Translations under genes and position numbers: made by a program
The notes under the pieces: model-generated
What the model was told of the DNA's origin: nothing
Databases searched by the model: none
What the model saw: the letters and a program-made list of their open reading frames with translations, nothing else
In this document: positions 33,091 through 46,877 of the stretch, in pieces
Layout: every line of letters begins with the position of its first letter
Numbering within the stretch: position 1 is the first letter of the stretch
Assembly (NCBI GenBank): GCA_030295235.1
Contig: AP026144.1
Span: 62,001-126,000, forward strand
Source of the DNA: Fistulifera solaris
Lineage: Eukaryota
Length of the DNA: 64,000 nt
Direction: 5' to 3'

Positions 33091-34804
33091 GATTTCTTTT
33101 GAATGGGTTCAACACAGGCCGGAAACTGTATTACAAAATACAGAAGTTACGCAATCGAGTCACGTTGCCACGGTTAGTGCAAACAAGCCCGGTTTCCCCT
33201 TTCTGTGCGACTTACAAAGTCACTTTTAAAACAAGATAGCAATAAGCAAACAATAGAACGTCACAGAAGCGATAAGCGATTGATATCTGATTTATACAAG
33301 GCACTTTGACTGAAGTCGAGCATCTTCTTGGTGCTTGAGTTCGTTTAAATATTCTCTACTCCGTATATCTTATCTTTCTGCGTCTCCAGAACATCTGGCT
33401 ACGCATTTCGGATAATATCAGATTATCTGTGTGCTCTGATAGTGATACGAATACGATAAGGTTACGGGGTACGGTACTACCCAAAACGTCGCTTGATGCT
33501 TGATGGCGGATGGCCCATGGCTCATGACTGAAATGCAGTCGTGTGGAAAAGGTCGTCTACACTTTGGTACTATAGTCGACACGAAGGCCACTGATCGGCC
33601 AAGACTTTTTGACCAAGTTTCCGACAAAATGAATTGAGATGTGTATGAAATGACAAGTCCATGTTGGTCGCATTGTTGCAGGATCAAATTACCACATTAT
33701 TTAGAATTGAGGTAGTAATAGCAAGGTTGCTCCAATGTTGATGATACGGGTCCTGACATAATCGAACGTTTCTGCGCTTACCAATACTTTTATCCTACTC
33801 AACACTTCTTTTCCTTCGAGTAGTTTCATTTGTAGCCCATACGTAGAACAGGCCACGGGCTTTCTGCTCTATTTGATTGCAAGTCCCCTATTTTCACTAC
33901 AATGTTTCTAGTCGTTTTCACGAGCCGCTCCACTTGACTTGATACAAGCAAGTTTCCCTTGGCGTTAGGGCTTTACTTACGAGGATAATGATATCTGAGA
34001 AAGATAAGAATGCAATAGATGCTAAAGCTCGTAAGGTCGTAAAAACGTCTTAGAGTAATTGTGCGTTAAAGGCTAGCAGCAAGGTGTTGAAGAGGAAACC
34101 CCGAAGGGAAGAAAACCTCTCGGACGTGGTGAGGGAATATGCCGTACCATGACAGACATACCCGAATAGACCGCATATTTTACTTGCAAGAACATTGATC
34201 ATTGATACGATCTCTACAAAGTAGAGAGACAACGTTCTCCGATCTACGGAGTACTACGTAGTTAGGAAGTGAATCCTCGCACCGGTACCATAGTTGCGTG
34301 TCCCCGCTAGGAAGGTTCCGTAGAAAAGACTCCTCGCCGAAAACAAGACTGGACGACGACGAGACGGAGAGGATCCTTACGAAATTTTTCGAAACTTTCG
34401 TGGATGGCTGGAGAGACTGGTACTCGATAGTACTTTTAGACAGAGCGTCGTCGTCATCGGGGAGGTGCGAACGGGGAAATTCTCGCCTCGCGCCGCGAAA
34501 AAAATGCGAACAACGGATGGAAACGAAAAAGGACACGACCGGTACATGTTATGCCATAGCCAATTAAATCGGTACTGCTTTCCTAGATAAAGATACACAC
34601 ACAAAAGCAGTCTTGCGTTTTTGACCGTGAAGTCTGAAATTTCTCCTCCCCAAACCTCCCAAACGTTTGCTAACGCGCAGCTGTGAAGAAAACGAAAGCA
34701 CATCATTATTTGTTATCGTCAAGAAGCGACGCGCGGAAGAGGAAATATCAAAAGAACGTTACCTGGTATTTGTTTGGAGTATCGGACTGCCACAACAAAG
34801 AATC

Positions 34805-37800
34805 ATGTGTTGTACACGTCAAACCGTCGTTTCCTTGTGGCTATTTGTTGTGGCTCTGTGTTCCGTTCCGTCGCAAGCCGAATGGCGATGGTCATCGTCG
34901 TCGTCGTCGTCGTTTTCCGACGAATCATCTTCTTTCATGAATGTCATGCAACGATATCTCGAAATCGGAGACTTTCAAAGCATCAATGAGGCACTTTCTG
35001 GTGTTCAATTGGTCGTTCCGGATCCAGAACCCATCACAACAAGTATTCTGTTTACATTGACGGTCGAAGTCACGAACCTGGTTTGCGAACAAATTAACAT
35101 TGGTGACTTGCAATCCAATTATAATGCAACAAACACCGAAATGAACTTTGAAATCGAATTATATCCGTTCGCTATGACATGTACGGGTAACTACGCTTAT
35201 AGTTACGGCGCATTCGTGGCCAATTCAGGAACTCTTACGGCGACCATTTCCGACAGTCGCATTCAGTTGGGTTTGGGCTTTACGTCGCCCGACTTTGCGA
35301 CGACGCCTCCGAATGCGACGCAAGTTGCGCAATGTGCGGCAAATTTACAAATTGAGCAAATGTCCTTTTCGGGAAATTTAGATAATACGATTGCGAATTT
35401 GTTTCGTGAGGGAGTGGAAGATTTGGTCAGCAATGGGGCGCAAACGGGTAAGCAAAGTCTACAACAGACCAGTGCTGGTAGATTATTTTGCAAAATAGAT
35501 ACTCACACTTTCCTTCTACTCGACACTTCCTCCATATATCAGCATTATGCGAAGACGCATCGACGGCTTTTTCGTTCCTCGATGACATGATTATTAAACT
35601 AAACGATGTGATTGGTAATCTTACGGAACCGATTACTGAAGAGCAATTGGATCCTTTACGCAACGAACGTAACTTGGATGTTCCAGCCGATCGTCGTACG
35701 GCGCTCATTCAGTTGAAAGAGGGGGGCGGGACTATTAGCAAAACGGTGCAGTCATTGTTGGATGAAGCCGATCAGATGTTGGGAGAAATGGTGACAGACC
35801 CCAACAACCCCGGCACTCAAGATCTGGCGGTCAATGTTTGGTTGCGAGACTATTTACTCGATTCGAATGGAAGGTTCACTTTTAATCTGGCCGAATTGGG
35901 AATTTCGAGTACCATGTTTAAAACGCACAACAAGATCTTTGCCGTCGATATCGAACTCAACTCGTTCAGGATTAAAGGTCTAGATACCTTGAAAGTGTTC
36001 AATCCCCTTGATCGGATTGGAAATCATACCATTCAAAACGAATTGGCGTGGGAGAAGCTTTCACTGGAAATTGAGCTGGTAGCCGACTTTCAGACATCGA
36101 CTCTTCCGGATACTCTTTTACTGTCGACCAAGCCGGTGCAAGGACGAGAGACTGTGACCCTCTCGATGGACCTGCAGGATGTGCAGGTGAGCCTGGCGGC
36201 GTTATTGGCGTTGCTGGAAGAAGAAGTCGGCAACACAGAAATCGGATCCTTGTTGCGACTGAACTATATATTGCCATGTATGGCGAACAGCGTGGCAGAG
36301 CTCGCTATTTCTGGTCTCGGTGTATCCTTAGGTAGCTTGAGTGATCCGGTCTTTTCAGGTATCGGTTCTCCCGGTGTCTCCCGCCTCGTATCTTCTGTCA
36401 TTCAGGCGACATTCGCCATGTATAAGCCATTGATGATCAAATCGATCCCTGGAGCGTTCCAAGGACCCATCCGACGAATGATCAATAAAAATTACATTGA
36501 AAAGAATCTTGCAGATCCTTCCTGCTCTAACATTGTTCAAGGCAATGAAGCTTCGCCGTATTTGGACTTTCGTGACCTTCTCCACACTCGTTCGGAAGCG
36601 ATTGAACTGGGAACGAGTGGGAGTACGCCTTACGGCAGTACCATTGCACTGGCTTGGAAGTTTATCCAAAACTGGCTTTTGACTCCCGCTGAAGGGTCAT
36701 CGGATATTCCTTTGAATACTCGTTTCATCGCTCCTTTTACAGAAAAGCAGTCGGGTGTTCCCGGAAGTATTGCTTACGAAAACGCATTGATTGATCAAAA
36801 GTTCGCGCTCCTGGATGCCGATGTACATTTCCGTGTATTTGATGTGTATGCCGAAGATTTGGATACAATAGGAGAGCCTCTTTCATTGTTAGACACCGTA
36901 CAAGGAGAAGCTCACATGATCAATAATGTCGCAACAGTTGGTGTGAACAAGCCGCTTCGGGCTGGTGCCAAAATCAACTTTCAAATGGATGGAAGCGGTA
37001 CGTGCTTACGTGAAGGATGATGGTGTATGATTGTCGAAGAGAGCGGTCGATTGTGGACTTACAGACATATATTCTATTTGTAACAGGTGTTTCCATCGAT
37101 GATCAAATGAGCGTCGAGATTGAAGCTGAGAGTCTAAGCTTAGTTCTTGATCTCATTTTGAATGTAATGACGGACGCTTTTGTCCAATTTCCTTTGAAGG
37201 GTACGTACCATGCCGTACTTCGCATGCGAATCACTTATCAACGTATACGAGTCTAATGTTTGTGCGTTTATCATTATAGATATTTCCAACGTAAACTGCT
37301 TAATGGCGCTTTTGCAGCCTCCAAGTCTCGACAGCCGGGGCGCACGACTTAAGGATGGACCGATGCCATATGTACTTCGCAATCTCACGACGAGCTTTGC
37401 TCAACTAAACCTAAATGTGACCTGTACAGACTGTAAAAGCGAAGCGATGCTCAAAGTTGCCGAACATTTTTCTTCTGCCGAAGGAACGCAAAGCGGAACT
37501 GACTTGGCGGAAGGTATTTTGGATCTGTTGACAGAGACGGTTGGTGCTGACTTTTTGGCGTTGCAATTAGACCGCCAGATTGCCAACGCTCGTTTCAAGT
37601 GTCCCCATCACCCGGACTACAATCCTGCTAGTGCCGAACGTGACTTTGACGACTTTGATGCCGTCAACAGAGAAGAATCGCTGGAATTTATCATCTCACT
37701 TGCCATTGCTGCTCTGGCTCTCATGATCGGCGTGGCAGTTTTCATGATTATTATCCGCATCTTTGCCCGTCGGCAGCACAAGAAATGGCTTGAAACAATT

Positions 37801-39601
37801 AGTGACTCTCAAGCTCTCTCTGTGTGGAAGCATCAACAAAAGGAAAAAGAAGTCAGAACAAAAATGAATGCGACTTCATCCGCTCTCTACAACTCGCAAG
37901 CAATTCCCCTTATTGCGAGAATACTTATCCCGCTTGTCATTGTTGGCTGCATCGGTCTCTTTTTGGCTGGTCATTTGAGCATTGCAGCTTCCGTCAGTCT
38001 CATTATATCGCTTGCAGAACAAGAATACCGCAATGACAGTTTCTTTGAGTTTAGCATAGCTACTGGAACTATTAATTTATGGAAGGCGGGCGGATACGAG
38101 TTAGCAATCTTGATCATTCTTTTCTCCGGAGTGTGGCCGTATTTGGAAACAAACGATGAGTCTCATCTTGTGGTTTGTTCCACCATCGGTTGTGTCGGTT
38201 GAAAAACGCGGAAGAACCTTTCTGTGGCTTGACTTCTTGGCCAAATGGAGTATGGTCGACATTTTCACGTTGATGGTCTCTTTGGTGGCCTTCCGTACGA
38301 CAGTTCAAAGGTACGTGATGGTCTTGACTCCTGCGATATATTACCACACTGTTCAACTAACTCCTTTTCCTTCTCTCAGCCCTAATGGTGGAATCCTTCC
38401 TGACGACTTGTACAACATTGAAATTATGGTCATTCCGAAGCTAGGATTGTTTGCGAACTTTATTGCTCAAATCGTTTCACAAGTCAGCTCTCACTACATT
38501 ATTCACTACCATGTAAAGGCAGTTGACGAGTCGAGGAAACGTCTGAGACAACCGACCGCTCGTATGGACGGAGAAGAAACTGGAAATGAATCTTTGATCT
38601 CGATAGCGAATTCCCGGGAACCTGTTTCTCTGTCAACAACAGCTTATCGTCGTCCTCATAGAGGTGATAACAAGGCTCTCGTGGCTAGACTCTTTGTATC
38701 CCCACTCTTGTTGCTTTCGGGAGCTGTCGTTGTTGCTTTTGTGGTGGCTGGATGTGTTCTACCATCTTTTTCGGCGGAAGTGATGGGCTTCTTTGGTATA
38801 GCTGTAGAGTTGGGCAAAGGTTCTGACACAGAAGCGGTGACCGACTACTCGCTATTCAAGATGATTGAAATTCTGTTTAAGCAGGCGAGTTACAGTGGCG
38901 ACGTGGGTGACTACATCGGTTTGGGCGCGCTCAGTGCCCTTTTAATTGCAAGTGTTTGTATCATTCCGGTATTACAGACCGCCATTCTCCTTTACAGCTG
39001 GCTTGCATCAATGAATCAAGCAAGAAGAAAACGCCTTGTATTCTTCAACGACATTTTGCAAGCGTGGCAATACACTGAAGTGTATGCGTTGTCCGTCGTT
39101 GTTGGAAGCTGGTAAGTGCTGCAGATCGAGCTTAACATGGGCTAGACGTTGGGCTGTTTACTAACTTTTCTCTGTAGGCAACTAGGAAACATCAGTTACT
39201 ACATGGTTAATATCTACTGTGATCAGCTTAATGAGCTGAAAAGCCTCTTTTCGCAGCTTGTTTACTTCGGAGTTATCGAACCAGACGACGCTCAATGTTT
39301 CCTTGTCGAAGCTCAGGCCCAAACGGGATTCTTTTTCATCGCTGCAGGTTCCATTCTTCTCGCTCTCATGAACACTTTCATCAGCAAGGCGGCCAATCAC
39401 TACTTGCGCGACAATATTGAAAAACCTTCTCTGTCGGGTATTGAACCGAAGACTCAGGTCGATCCAGATGAGTTAAAAGAGGAGATCGACCCTATCCCCA
39501 TCTTGTTTACAGATGAGTTCCGCTTTTGCCTGAGACGTACGTTAGGGGAGCTACAAAGCGCCGAGACGGGTCAGTCAGAAATGAGTTATCCTGACGATTA
39601 A
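34805..39601 (+). CDS. Large secretory-pathway membrane protein with C-terminal PqiA-like domains (introns 35448-35542, 36998-37086, 37201-37279, 38311-38379, 39112-39177; frameshift ~38145)
   Basis: Signal peptide; all five GT-AG junctions restore the frame. 'LAILIILFSGVWPYLK...FLAKWSMVDIF' is the PqiA motif, with a second degenerate copy 'ILQAWQYTEVY'. Confidence 0.82.
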
Positions 39602-39934
39602 AAGTTGCGGATTTTTCTGGTTCCAATTTATATGGATTAATATGATTATTATGTTAATTTACAACAGTTGATTTTTCAATTTTAGCTTTCTAGAGGGAGA
39701 CCTTGCTGGTCCGTCCCGGATGTCCGTTCTCCTCGCTCATTATTTTTGATACTCGGGACTCAAGACTCGGGACAGTTGCATAAGCGACGATAAAAAAACG
39801 AAGTACCCGGTACCTGGTACAGCAATGAAAACGACGCAAAAAACCCTCATCGAGACGATGAGGAACTGAGAAGGAGGACGACGATTGAAGGCATCTGCAA
39901 TCTCATCACAAAACGCAAGCTGGTCGCCCTAACC

Positions 39935-40252
39935 ATGTCAAGGGCTATCGTTGCGACCTCGATTTCACTCTGCATAGCGGTAGGGGCTGCAGCATACGTT
40001 TCGTGCACAAAGAGACAAAAGCATTCTACAAAGGCGATGCGTTCTACCATTACGCCACCAAAATATGCATGGGATACTGCAGGACTAAAAGACGACAAAG
40101 CCACGCCCGCCAAAATTAAACTCTCCCCGAGAAAGCGTCTTTCATCAATAACGAAGAATGGCAACGATATCAACTTGGATTTTTTAGCTTCGATGACATT
40201 CGCAAACAGCGGTGCAATGCTCCGACAGCCATCTTGTTATTGCTGTCGATGA
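39935..40252 (+). CDS. Small hypothetical protein with an N-terminal TM anchor and a Cys-rich C-terminus
   Basis: 'MSRAIVATSISLCIAVGAAAYV'...'LDFLASMTFAN...PSCYCCR'. Confidence 0.55.
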   Translation: MSRAIVATSISLCIAVGAAAYVSCTKRQKHSTKAMRSTITPPKYAWDTAGLKDDKATPAKIKLSPRKRLSSITKNGNDINLDFLASMTFANSGAMLRQPSCYCCR

Positions 40253-40532
40253 TGTCTAATGGCGAGCCGCTATGCTACTATGCAATCTACATCGGGATGT
40301 ATTTCAAATTGACAGGATGCTTATCATAAAAGAGTTATATACGTACATGAGCAACTTAATCAAGGCCCGATGCCAAGCATGATTGAGTTGTTGACAGCTA
40401 TTATGTCGCCAGATAAGAATGTGAGACGATTGAAGAAACATTGTTGTTTAAATCTTCTCTTCCGTCACATATACTCCTAATCAATCGGAAAAGAAAATGA
40501 AACATGCGGCTAATACGTACCTAGTTGGCGCT

Positions 40533-41288
40533 CTAGGCTGCTTCGGCAACCGTTTGAAAGCATGGCAATTCTCGGAAAAGCTCGTTTCCCCACAAAGAGG
40601 CGCTTACCGCCACGTATGAGCTGAATAGATCGTCGTCGTCGTCGTCTTCTTCTTCTAAATTTAATACAGTTGACGTGTCTTGCAAACATCGATACAACAA
40701 TAAAAGAAGACAACGACCGAATGTAATCCAGTCCGCTGAGGCATCCCTGTTCTCGTAGATAAGCCTTTCGCAAAGAAACGCTGAATATTCCCACAAATAG
40801 TGAGCAGCCAACACAGTATTTACCTTTTCTTCCTTAGCGCAACTAGCAGCAAAATGCGTGGTCCCGAGATTGTAGAAAATGATGGCAACAATAGCCTCCC
40901 AGGCTCCAGGCTCACTGAAGTCAATTGTTTCAGTAAAGTAGATCAAGTGCAATGCGTGAGATGTTTTCCGCTCCACGCGCGTGACATCAAAGTCGTCGTG
41001 GAACTGACCCCGGACGTGCCGGATCAGCTTGTCAGCAGAGACATCGATGATAGTAGTTGAAGGAGAATCGGGGCTGATCGGTACGATTGGTATAAGCCGC
41101 CGAAACTCGTGGGATTGGTTCGCCTTATTCAGCAGTGCGCTTGTATTCACAGGAGTCGTATCTTCGCAGAACACATTTACCGTCTTAATAAATACTTGAA
41201 TAGCATGGTCTAGCCAATTTCTTTTCGCCAGAGAGACTCCAAGATTATTCAGAGCAAGAACAGATTGAAGGCCTAAAATGGGGTTCAT
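40533..41288 (-). CDS. Helical, TPR-like hypothetical protein (paralog of 46113..46877)
   Basis: 'LALNNLGVSL', 'AIIFYNLG', C-terminus 'AEAA'. Confidence 0.75.
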   Translation of the reverse strand: MNPILGLQSVLALNNLGVSLAKRNWLDHAIQVFIKTVNVFCEDTTPVNTSALLNKANQSHEFRRLIPIVPISPDSPSTTIIDVSADKLIRHVRGQFHDDFDVTRVERKTSHALHLIYFTETIDFSEPGAWEAIVAIIFYNLGTTHFAASCAKEEKVNTVLAAHYLWEYSAFLCERLIYENRDASADWITFGRCLLLLLYRCLQDTSTVLNLEEEDDDDDDLFSSYVAVSASLWGNELFRELPCFQTVAEAA

Positions 41289-42304
41289 TCGCTGTTAGCG
41301 GTCTTTAACTTTTGTTTGCTTTCCGTTTGGTTTTATGACGGAGAGAAAAGCAGGAAAATGATGCGGTTGCCGCTTGGCGCTTACCCGTAGATGTAACGTG
41401 TATTGCTTGGCATGAGAGAGGAGAAAGTTGGCGAAGTATAGGTTTAAAGATGGAAGTCTGGAGACAAACGCTTCTGATAGCACGGATCGACCACATTTTG
41501 AATCAGTATCCTTGGCTGCGTGTTCAAAATAAGGATGACGGACCTCAGAAACATGCAAATACTACTGAAGTGATTTCTGGTCTCATACGACGACAATTCG
41601 TCCTCTCGTTCGCAGAACATTCTCCGTATGTCTATAGATGCAAACTGAAACATCAAAATTACCACGACTGGATTGCAGTCACGAAAATATGGTACTCCAA
41701 TAAATAATGATAGACAAGGCAAACGAATTGGCCTACAAACGAAAGAAAGAGAGTTGTTTTTTTAAACAATTACTTATACTGTTCTCCTAGCAACTTCGTT
41801 CGGATCGCGACAACCCGAGCTTTCGCGTCGAATGCGTCCAGATTCCAGATAGCTCTGAAAGTGTTGTTTCAGACACGACGACTAAATTTCATTCACGATC
41901 CCGCACTATAAGCGCAACGAGCAACATGATAGAAGCGACGACCTAATTGAAACTCAAAACTCAAAACGCTTTATTGATTACTCTAGTATTGTTTATATTA
42001 TGTTCTTCAGTATGCAATCCGTTCCTTGTCATTCGGGTTGAAATCAGATAACCGGGCATAACTTTGGGCAGATAGAGAGAAAGCATTATGCCTTCATATC
42101 AAGTATTTCGGATTTCCGACGTCGTCTGCATGATGATCTTAATCATGGTCATGTTTCGCGATTTGCAGACCCAAATCTTATCACATTATCCTTTCTAACT
42201 TTCCATCATGTTTCATGTTTTTGTCCTGTCTTGTGTGTCGTCCAAGAGCTCAACACTGCAGTCATTTCTTTGGTGATGCGAATGAATAATTCTATTCTGC
42301 CACC

Positions 42305-45300
42305 ATGAATTGCGACAAGGAAAGCTATTTCGATTCTCCTTCTGCAGCGGAAATGAGCCATCGAGAAATGTCAGAGCTTTCCATGTCGTCCTCTCTGGAT
42401 AACGATGCCGATATGGAAGTCTTGAAGAAAATGATGCATCATCAGGCACTCATCGCACAAGCCATGGCCGGGAATCAGCAGCGTCAGACGAACCAGGACG
42501 TTGCTCGTTTGAGCTGCGAAAAGAACTGCTCGCTGCACGAGTTATTGCGCTTGAAGAGCAACTTTCCATGTCACACTCTGAATATTTTCCGCCTGGAATG
42601 ATGATGCAACCTTCTCCCCGCGGAATGGAGATGTTGTATCCTCATTCTATTCCGCCTAGGCACTTCTCGTCAAGTGCGAGTATCGGCGGTCATCAACATC
42701 AACACGGCAACCACGGATTCGATCAACATTTTTCTGTAGTGCCAATGATGTCGCCGTCTGTGCCTTTAATGCCGACACAGCCCTACCCAGGTTTCATATC
42801 GGCGCCGTGCTTCCCGATAGATGACATTGACGGTCGCAGTATCAGCAGCGTACATTCTAGCTTCTCAAGTCGATCGAGGTTTTCGCAACGCTCCAGCTTG
42901 TCGCGCTCTTCGTGTCGCTCGGCCTCTTCGAAATTGTCCAAAAAGAGGAAGAAAAAGAAATCGAAAAAAGAGAGACAGAGAGAACGAAACGGAGGATTCG
43001 ACCCGCCGTTGGACGAATATGTTCGTCCCGAACATCCTCCTGGTTCCAGATTCTGGAAACGATTCAGCTGGTGGATGACTTGTCTCGTGCCGGACTCCTG
43101 TATTCCTCGGGAAGGTACCACCGTCAAACAGGCATGGCGCGAAAAGGTCAGCATCTGTATCATGGCCCTCGCTCTCAGCGCTTTTGTGGTAGGAGGAATC
43201 GGATTTTTGCCCATTTACTTTTGTCGATCGAGTACCAGATATACGGCAGAGGAACTGCAGCACAGAGACGAGGCGTGGACATCCCTCTACGGACGGATCT
43301 ATATCTTCGACAGCACCTTTCGTCACCCAGGAGGCAATGACGGCACCATGAAACAACTCATTCAAAAGGACGCGTCGAAATTGTTTCCTCGTGCACCGTT
43401 GACGACTTTGCCCAAGTACTGTCTTGACACGGAGAAATCGGAGTATATTGCGCAGTCCCAGCAACCAAAATGTGATTTGACAGAGGAAGATGTTTCAGAA
43501 GGTGCCTATTGCCACGACTCAATTGTCGGGTTGCAAACGTCTTATGCCATCTTCGACCCGTGGTTGGATGGACAAGTCGTCATTCCGCGTTGGGAACTCG
43601 AAGAAGAAATGGATATGCAATACTTGCTTATCAAAAACAAGATTTACAACGTCACACAGTACATCAACGGGCTTCGCGATCCACACACCTATCGAATTGA
43701 TAAGAACCCCGATCATCCCAACGCTTACCTGGCCAAGAGCTTGCATTTAGCGATTGTGAACAAAGTGAATCAAGACGCTACACAGGTGTTTTACGACGTC
43801 TTCGAGAACGATGACTTTTTGTTTTGCTTGGATGAATTGTTTTTTGAGGCATACTTAGACGACCGATACGATCCCGTTTGCCAGTCAATTGGCATCTTCA
43901 TGTATATGTTTTTGTTCTTCGTCGTAGGGATGCTGACGATACAAGTCCTGTGTTCTCTTCTTTACCTTGCTCAAAAGTCTCGTACGTTCCTCGAAGAGCA
44001 TCTTCAGGCTGCTGTCATGATCATGGTTCCTTGTTACAACGAAGGAGAGACCGAACTGCGGAAAACCATTCGCTCCTGTCTCAACACTACTTATCCGTAT
44101 GAGAACAAAATTTTGGTCATCGTTTGTGACGGATGCGTTACCGGTAGCGACGAGAAGAAGAGCACGCCCGAGATTTGCGCCGACCTCCTTGGCTTCAACA
44201 TTGATTTCGATAACGACGAACAGCATCATTTTCTCAGTCTAGGAAAAAACAGGGACAATTTTGCCAGTGTATACGCGGGAACATACAGTGAGACAATCGA
44301 TTCCAAGAGTGGCAGCGAAAATAAGCGGCTCAAGTATGTCGTCATTGTGAAGCTTGGTAGCCCTAGAGAACGTAGCAGCCCTCGTGCCGGCAACCGAGGA
44401 AAACGAGATTCTCAACTAGTCCTGGCGGGAATGTTCAACCGTATTCACCACAATCGCCAACCATGCGAGCTGGATATGGCCATGGTGAAAGAACTCTTCA
44501 GTTTGGGTCTTCCGGCAAAGGACATTGAGTATTTGATGACCATTGATGCGGATACTCGTGTGGAGGAAGAGTCGATAAATCACATGGTGTATGCAATGGA
44601 GCACGACAAATTGATCCTTGCCTGTTGCGGAGAAACGCAAGTGGATAACAAAAGCAATTCGTTGGTCACTGCGATGCAAGTCTTTGAGTACTATTCTTCT
44701 CATCACTTGAAAAAGGCATTCGAATCGGTCTTCGGTTGCGTGACTTGCTTGCCCGGATGCTTTACCATGTACGTTTTGGTCTACGTGCTTTCGCTTGCTA
44801 TTTGAATGAAAGCTACGAATCTCACTTTGATCTTAAATCAATCTTCAGGTATCGGGTTTTCACGGACGACATGAAGTGCTTAATCGCCAGCGATGGTGTT
44901 TATCAAGATTACAGTCGAAACGATGTACCCTCATTGCACGAGAAGAATCTATTTGAGCTGGGCGAAGATCGAATGCTAACCACCCTCTTGTTGCAGCATT
45001 TTCCCGGGATGCGTCTTTCTTTCGTTCCCGAAGCCATTTGCTGGACCATTGTCCCGCATACATTTGCGATTTTACTTTCTCAACGACGACGCTGGATCAA
45101 TAGCACATTTCACAACATGTACGAGCTTTTGAAAGTCGAAAACATGTGCGGAATTTGCTTTCTCAGCATGAAAACAGTGGTTATCATGGACATGATCGTA
45201 ACGATGATTCTTCCCGCTTCTCTTGTTTACATAGGCTATCTGACATACCTATTCATTTCGCAACCCGAAACATTGGACACCTTTGTCCTTATGTTTTACG

Positions 45301-45947
45301 GCGCAACGTTTGTTATGCAAATGCTCTCCTTTCTGGTACGCAGTCGTTGGGATTACATTTGGTGGTTCGCAATCTTCACTGTTGTGGGTATTCCAGTGTT
45401 CTATTTCATTTTGCCAATCTACGCCTTCGCCCATATGGACGACTTTTCATGGGGGAAAACACGCCAGATCGGCACGAGCACACAGATGAAGCTTGAAGCT
45501 GCTATTCATGATTCTGAAGACGATAGCACAAAATTTGACGACTTCGGCCACACATCAACAAGCGAGAGTGTCAAATCGTCTGTCAGATCCAATGAATCGG
45601 AAGGGGCGCAGATAGATGAGACTCGACTCGACGGAATGGATGATGTCCGCTGTCAATCAAATATAGAAGAAAGTCGAGCTGCAGTCACAAAGCGAAGTTT
45701 GTTGACGCCGAATGAGGTGTTAGAAGAGAAACATACTACGAGAGTACAAAGCTCCGAGAATGGGAGCTCGTGTGTCAGTTTCGACGGGTTTCGTGCGAAT
45801 CCCGTCCAAAATCGAGACGATAGCAGCGTTGGCTCTCACCGTTCGCGTCGATCCACGCGAAGCCAAAGAAGTCATCGATCATCCAAGAGCAACCAAACAA
45901 GCAAGAGGGAAGCGTCGACATTTGTGAAGTACCAGGCATTGCCGTAG
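42305..45947 (+). CDS. CHS: Chitin synthase (GT2, fungal division-2-like, with cytochrome b5-like domain); intron 44769-44848; frameshift at A4 42519-42522
   Basis: 'KQAWREKV', 'HPGG', 'VPCYNEG', 'GNRGKRDSQ', 'IDADT', 'QVFEY', 'VTCLPGCFTM|YR', 'LGEDRMLT', 'SQRRRWINST', 'DDFSWGKTR'. Confidence 0.96.
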
Positions 45948-46112
45948 ATGTTGCTAATTCATTACACTTCAAACGTCAAAGATCGTAGTAGACTAGTTTC
46001 CAAGAGAAAATGAATAAAAATGGATTTTCTCTTTAGTTCCATTATCATGTAGATTTGCCTACTGTACAAAAATATAACCAAAAGACTCAGGAAGCGCTCG
46101 ACCAGATATGGA

Positions 46113-46877
46113 TCAAGCAGCCGACGCGGCTGCAATATCTGTGGGAATCTCGTAAGCTCCCTCCTCTTCATCGATTTCGCAAAAGTAAGAGTACTCAGTC
46201 ATGATCTGGTTGGAGAACTCGACAGCGACAGCTTGTAATCCGAGAACTGTTGCGGTTCTCTCGATGCAGCACAATACGAAAACGTGCAATGACGAGACCT
46301 GCGATCTCAAAGAATCATCGTAAATGCCGTTGCAAAGCATTCTCTCTAGTAGAATCGCATTCTGTCCCCATATTTCTAGTGCTTTGTCAGCAAGCTGTAA
46401 ATTGTTTGGTTGTTGTTCCCAAGCGCATATGAAAGCGCTCGCTAGATTGTTGAGTATGATTGACTCGAACACTCCGCAATGGAACGGCGATCTTTCGGCG
46501 CGTGAAATGGGAGACTCAGCAAAACTGAGAAAAGTCAGATTGAAGGAAGTAGAATTCAGCAATATAATTTGTTCCACTTCATTGTGTAAAGCAGTTGTGA
46601 GAGACTCATGGGGCATATCTCGTCGACAGATGCGCAGAAATGAGTGACGCTCGTCTCGCCTTTCTTCTTGAAGACTAACGAAGTCCTTCCAACAAGCTAA
46701 AAACTGATTCGCCCTAGCCATAATTTGATGGACACTCTCTGGTGAATGAAGGCACCGAAGAAGGCTAAGCGAGTCACAGAACGCCGCAATGGCAAGCTCG
46801 TGACAATCATGACTGACGAGAGATAGTCCGATGTTATTCAAGGCAAGAGCCGCAGCAACATTCGTCTCGGCTGTCAT
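46113..46877 (-). CDS. Helical, TPR-like hypothetical protein (paralog of 40533..41288)
   Basis: 'ALALNNIGLSL', 'SIILNNLA', C-terminus 'AASAA'; first ATG at 46877. Confidence 0.75.
   Translation of the reverse strand: MTAETNVAAALALNNIGLSLVSHDCHELAIAAFCDSLSLLRCLHSPESVHQIMARANQFLACWKDFVSLQEERRDERHSFLRICRRDMPHESLTTALHNEVEQIILLNSTSFNLTFLSFAESPISRAERSPFHCGVFESIILNNLASAFICAWEQQPNNLQLADKALEIWGQNAILLERMLCNGIYDDSLRSQVSSLHVFVLCCIERTATVLGLQAVAVEFSNQIMTEYSYFCEIDEEEGAYEIPTDIAAASAA

Noticed and set aside
33418..34536. Broken minus-strand frames that might be a pseudogene
   Set aside because: Multiple stops and no identifiable family motif; cannot be supported.
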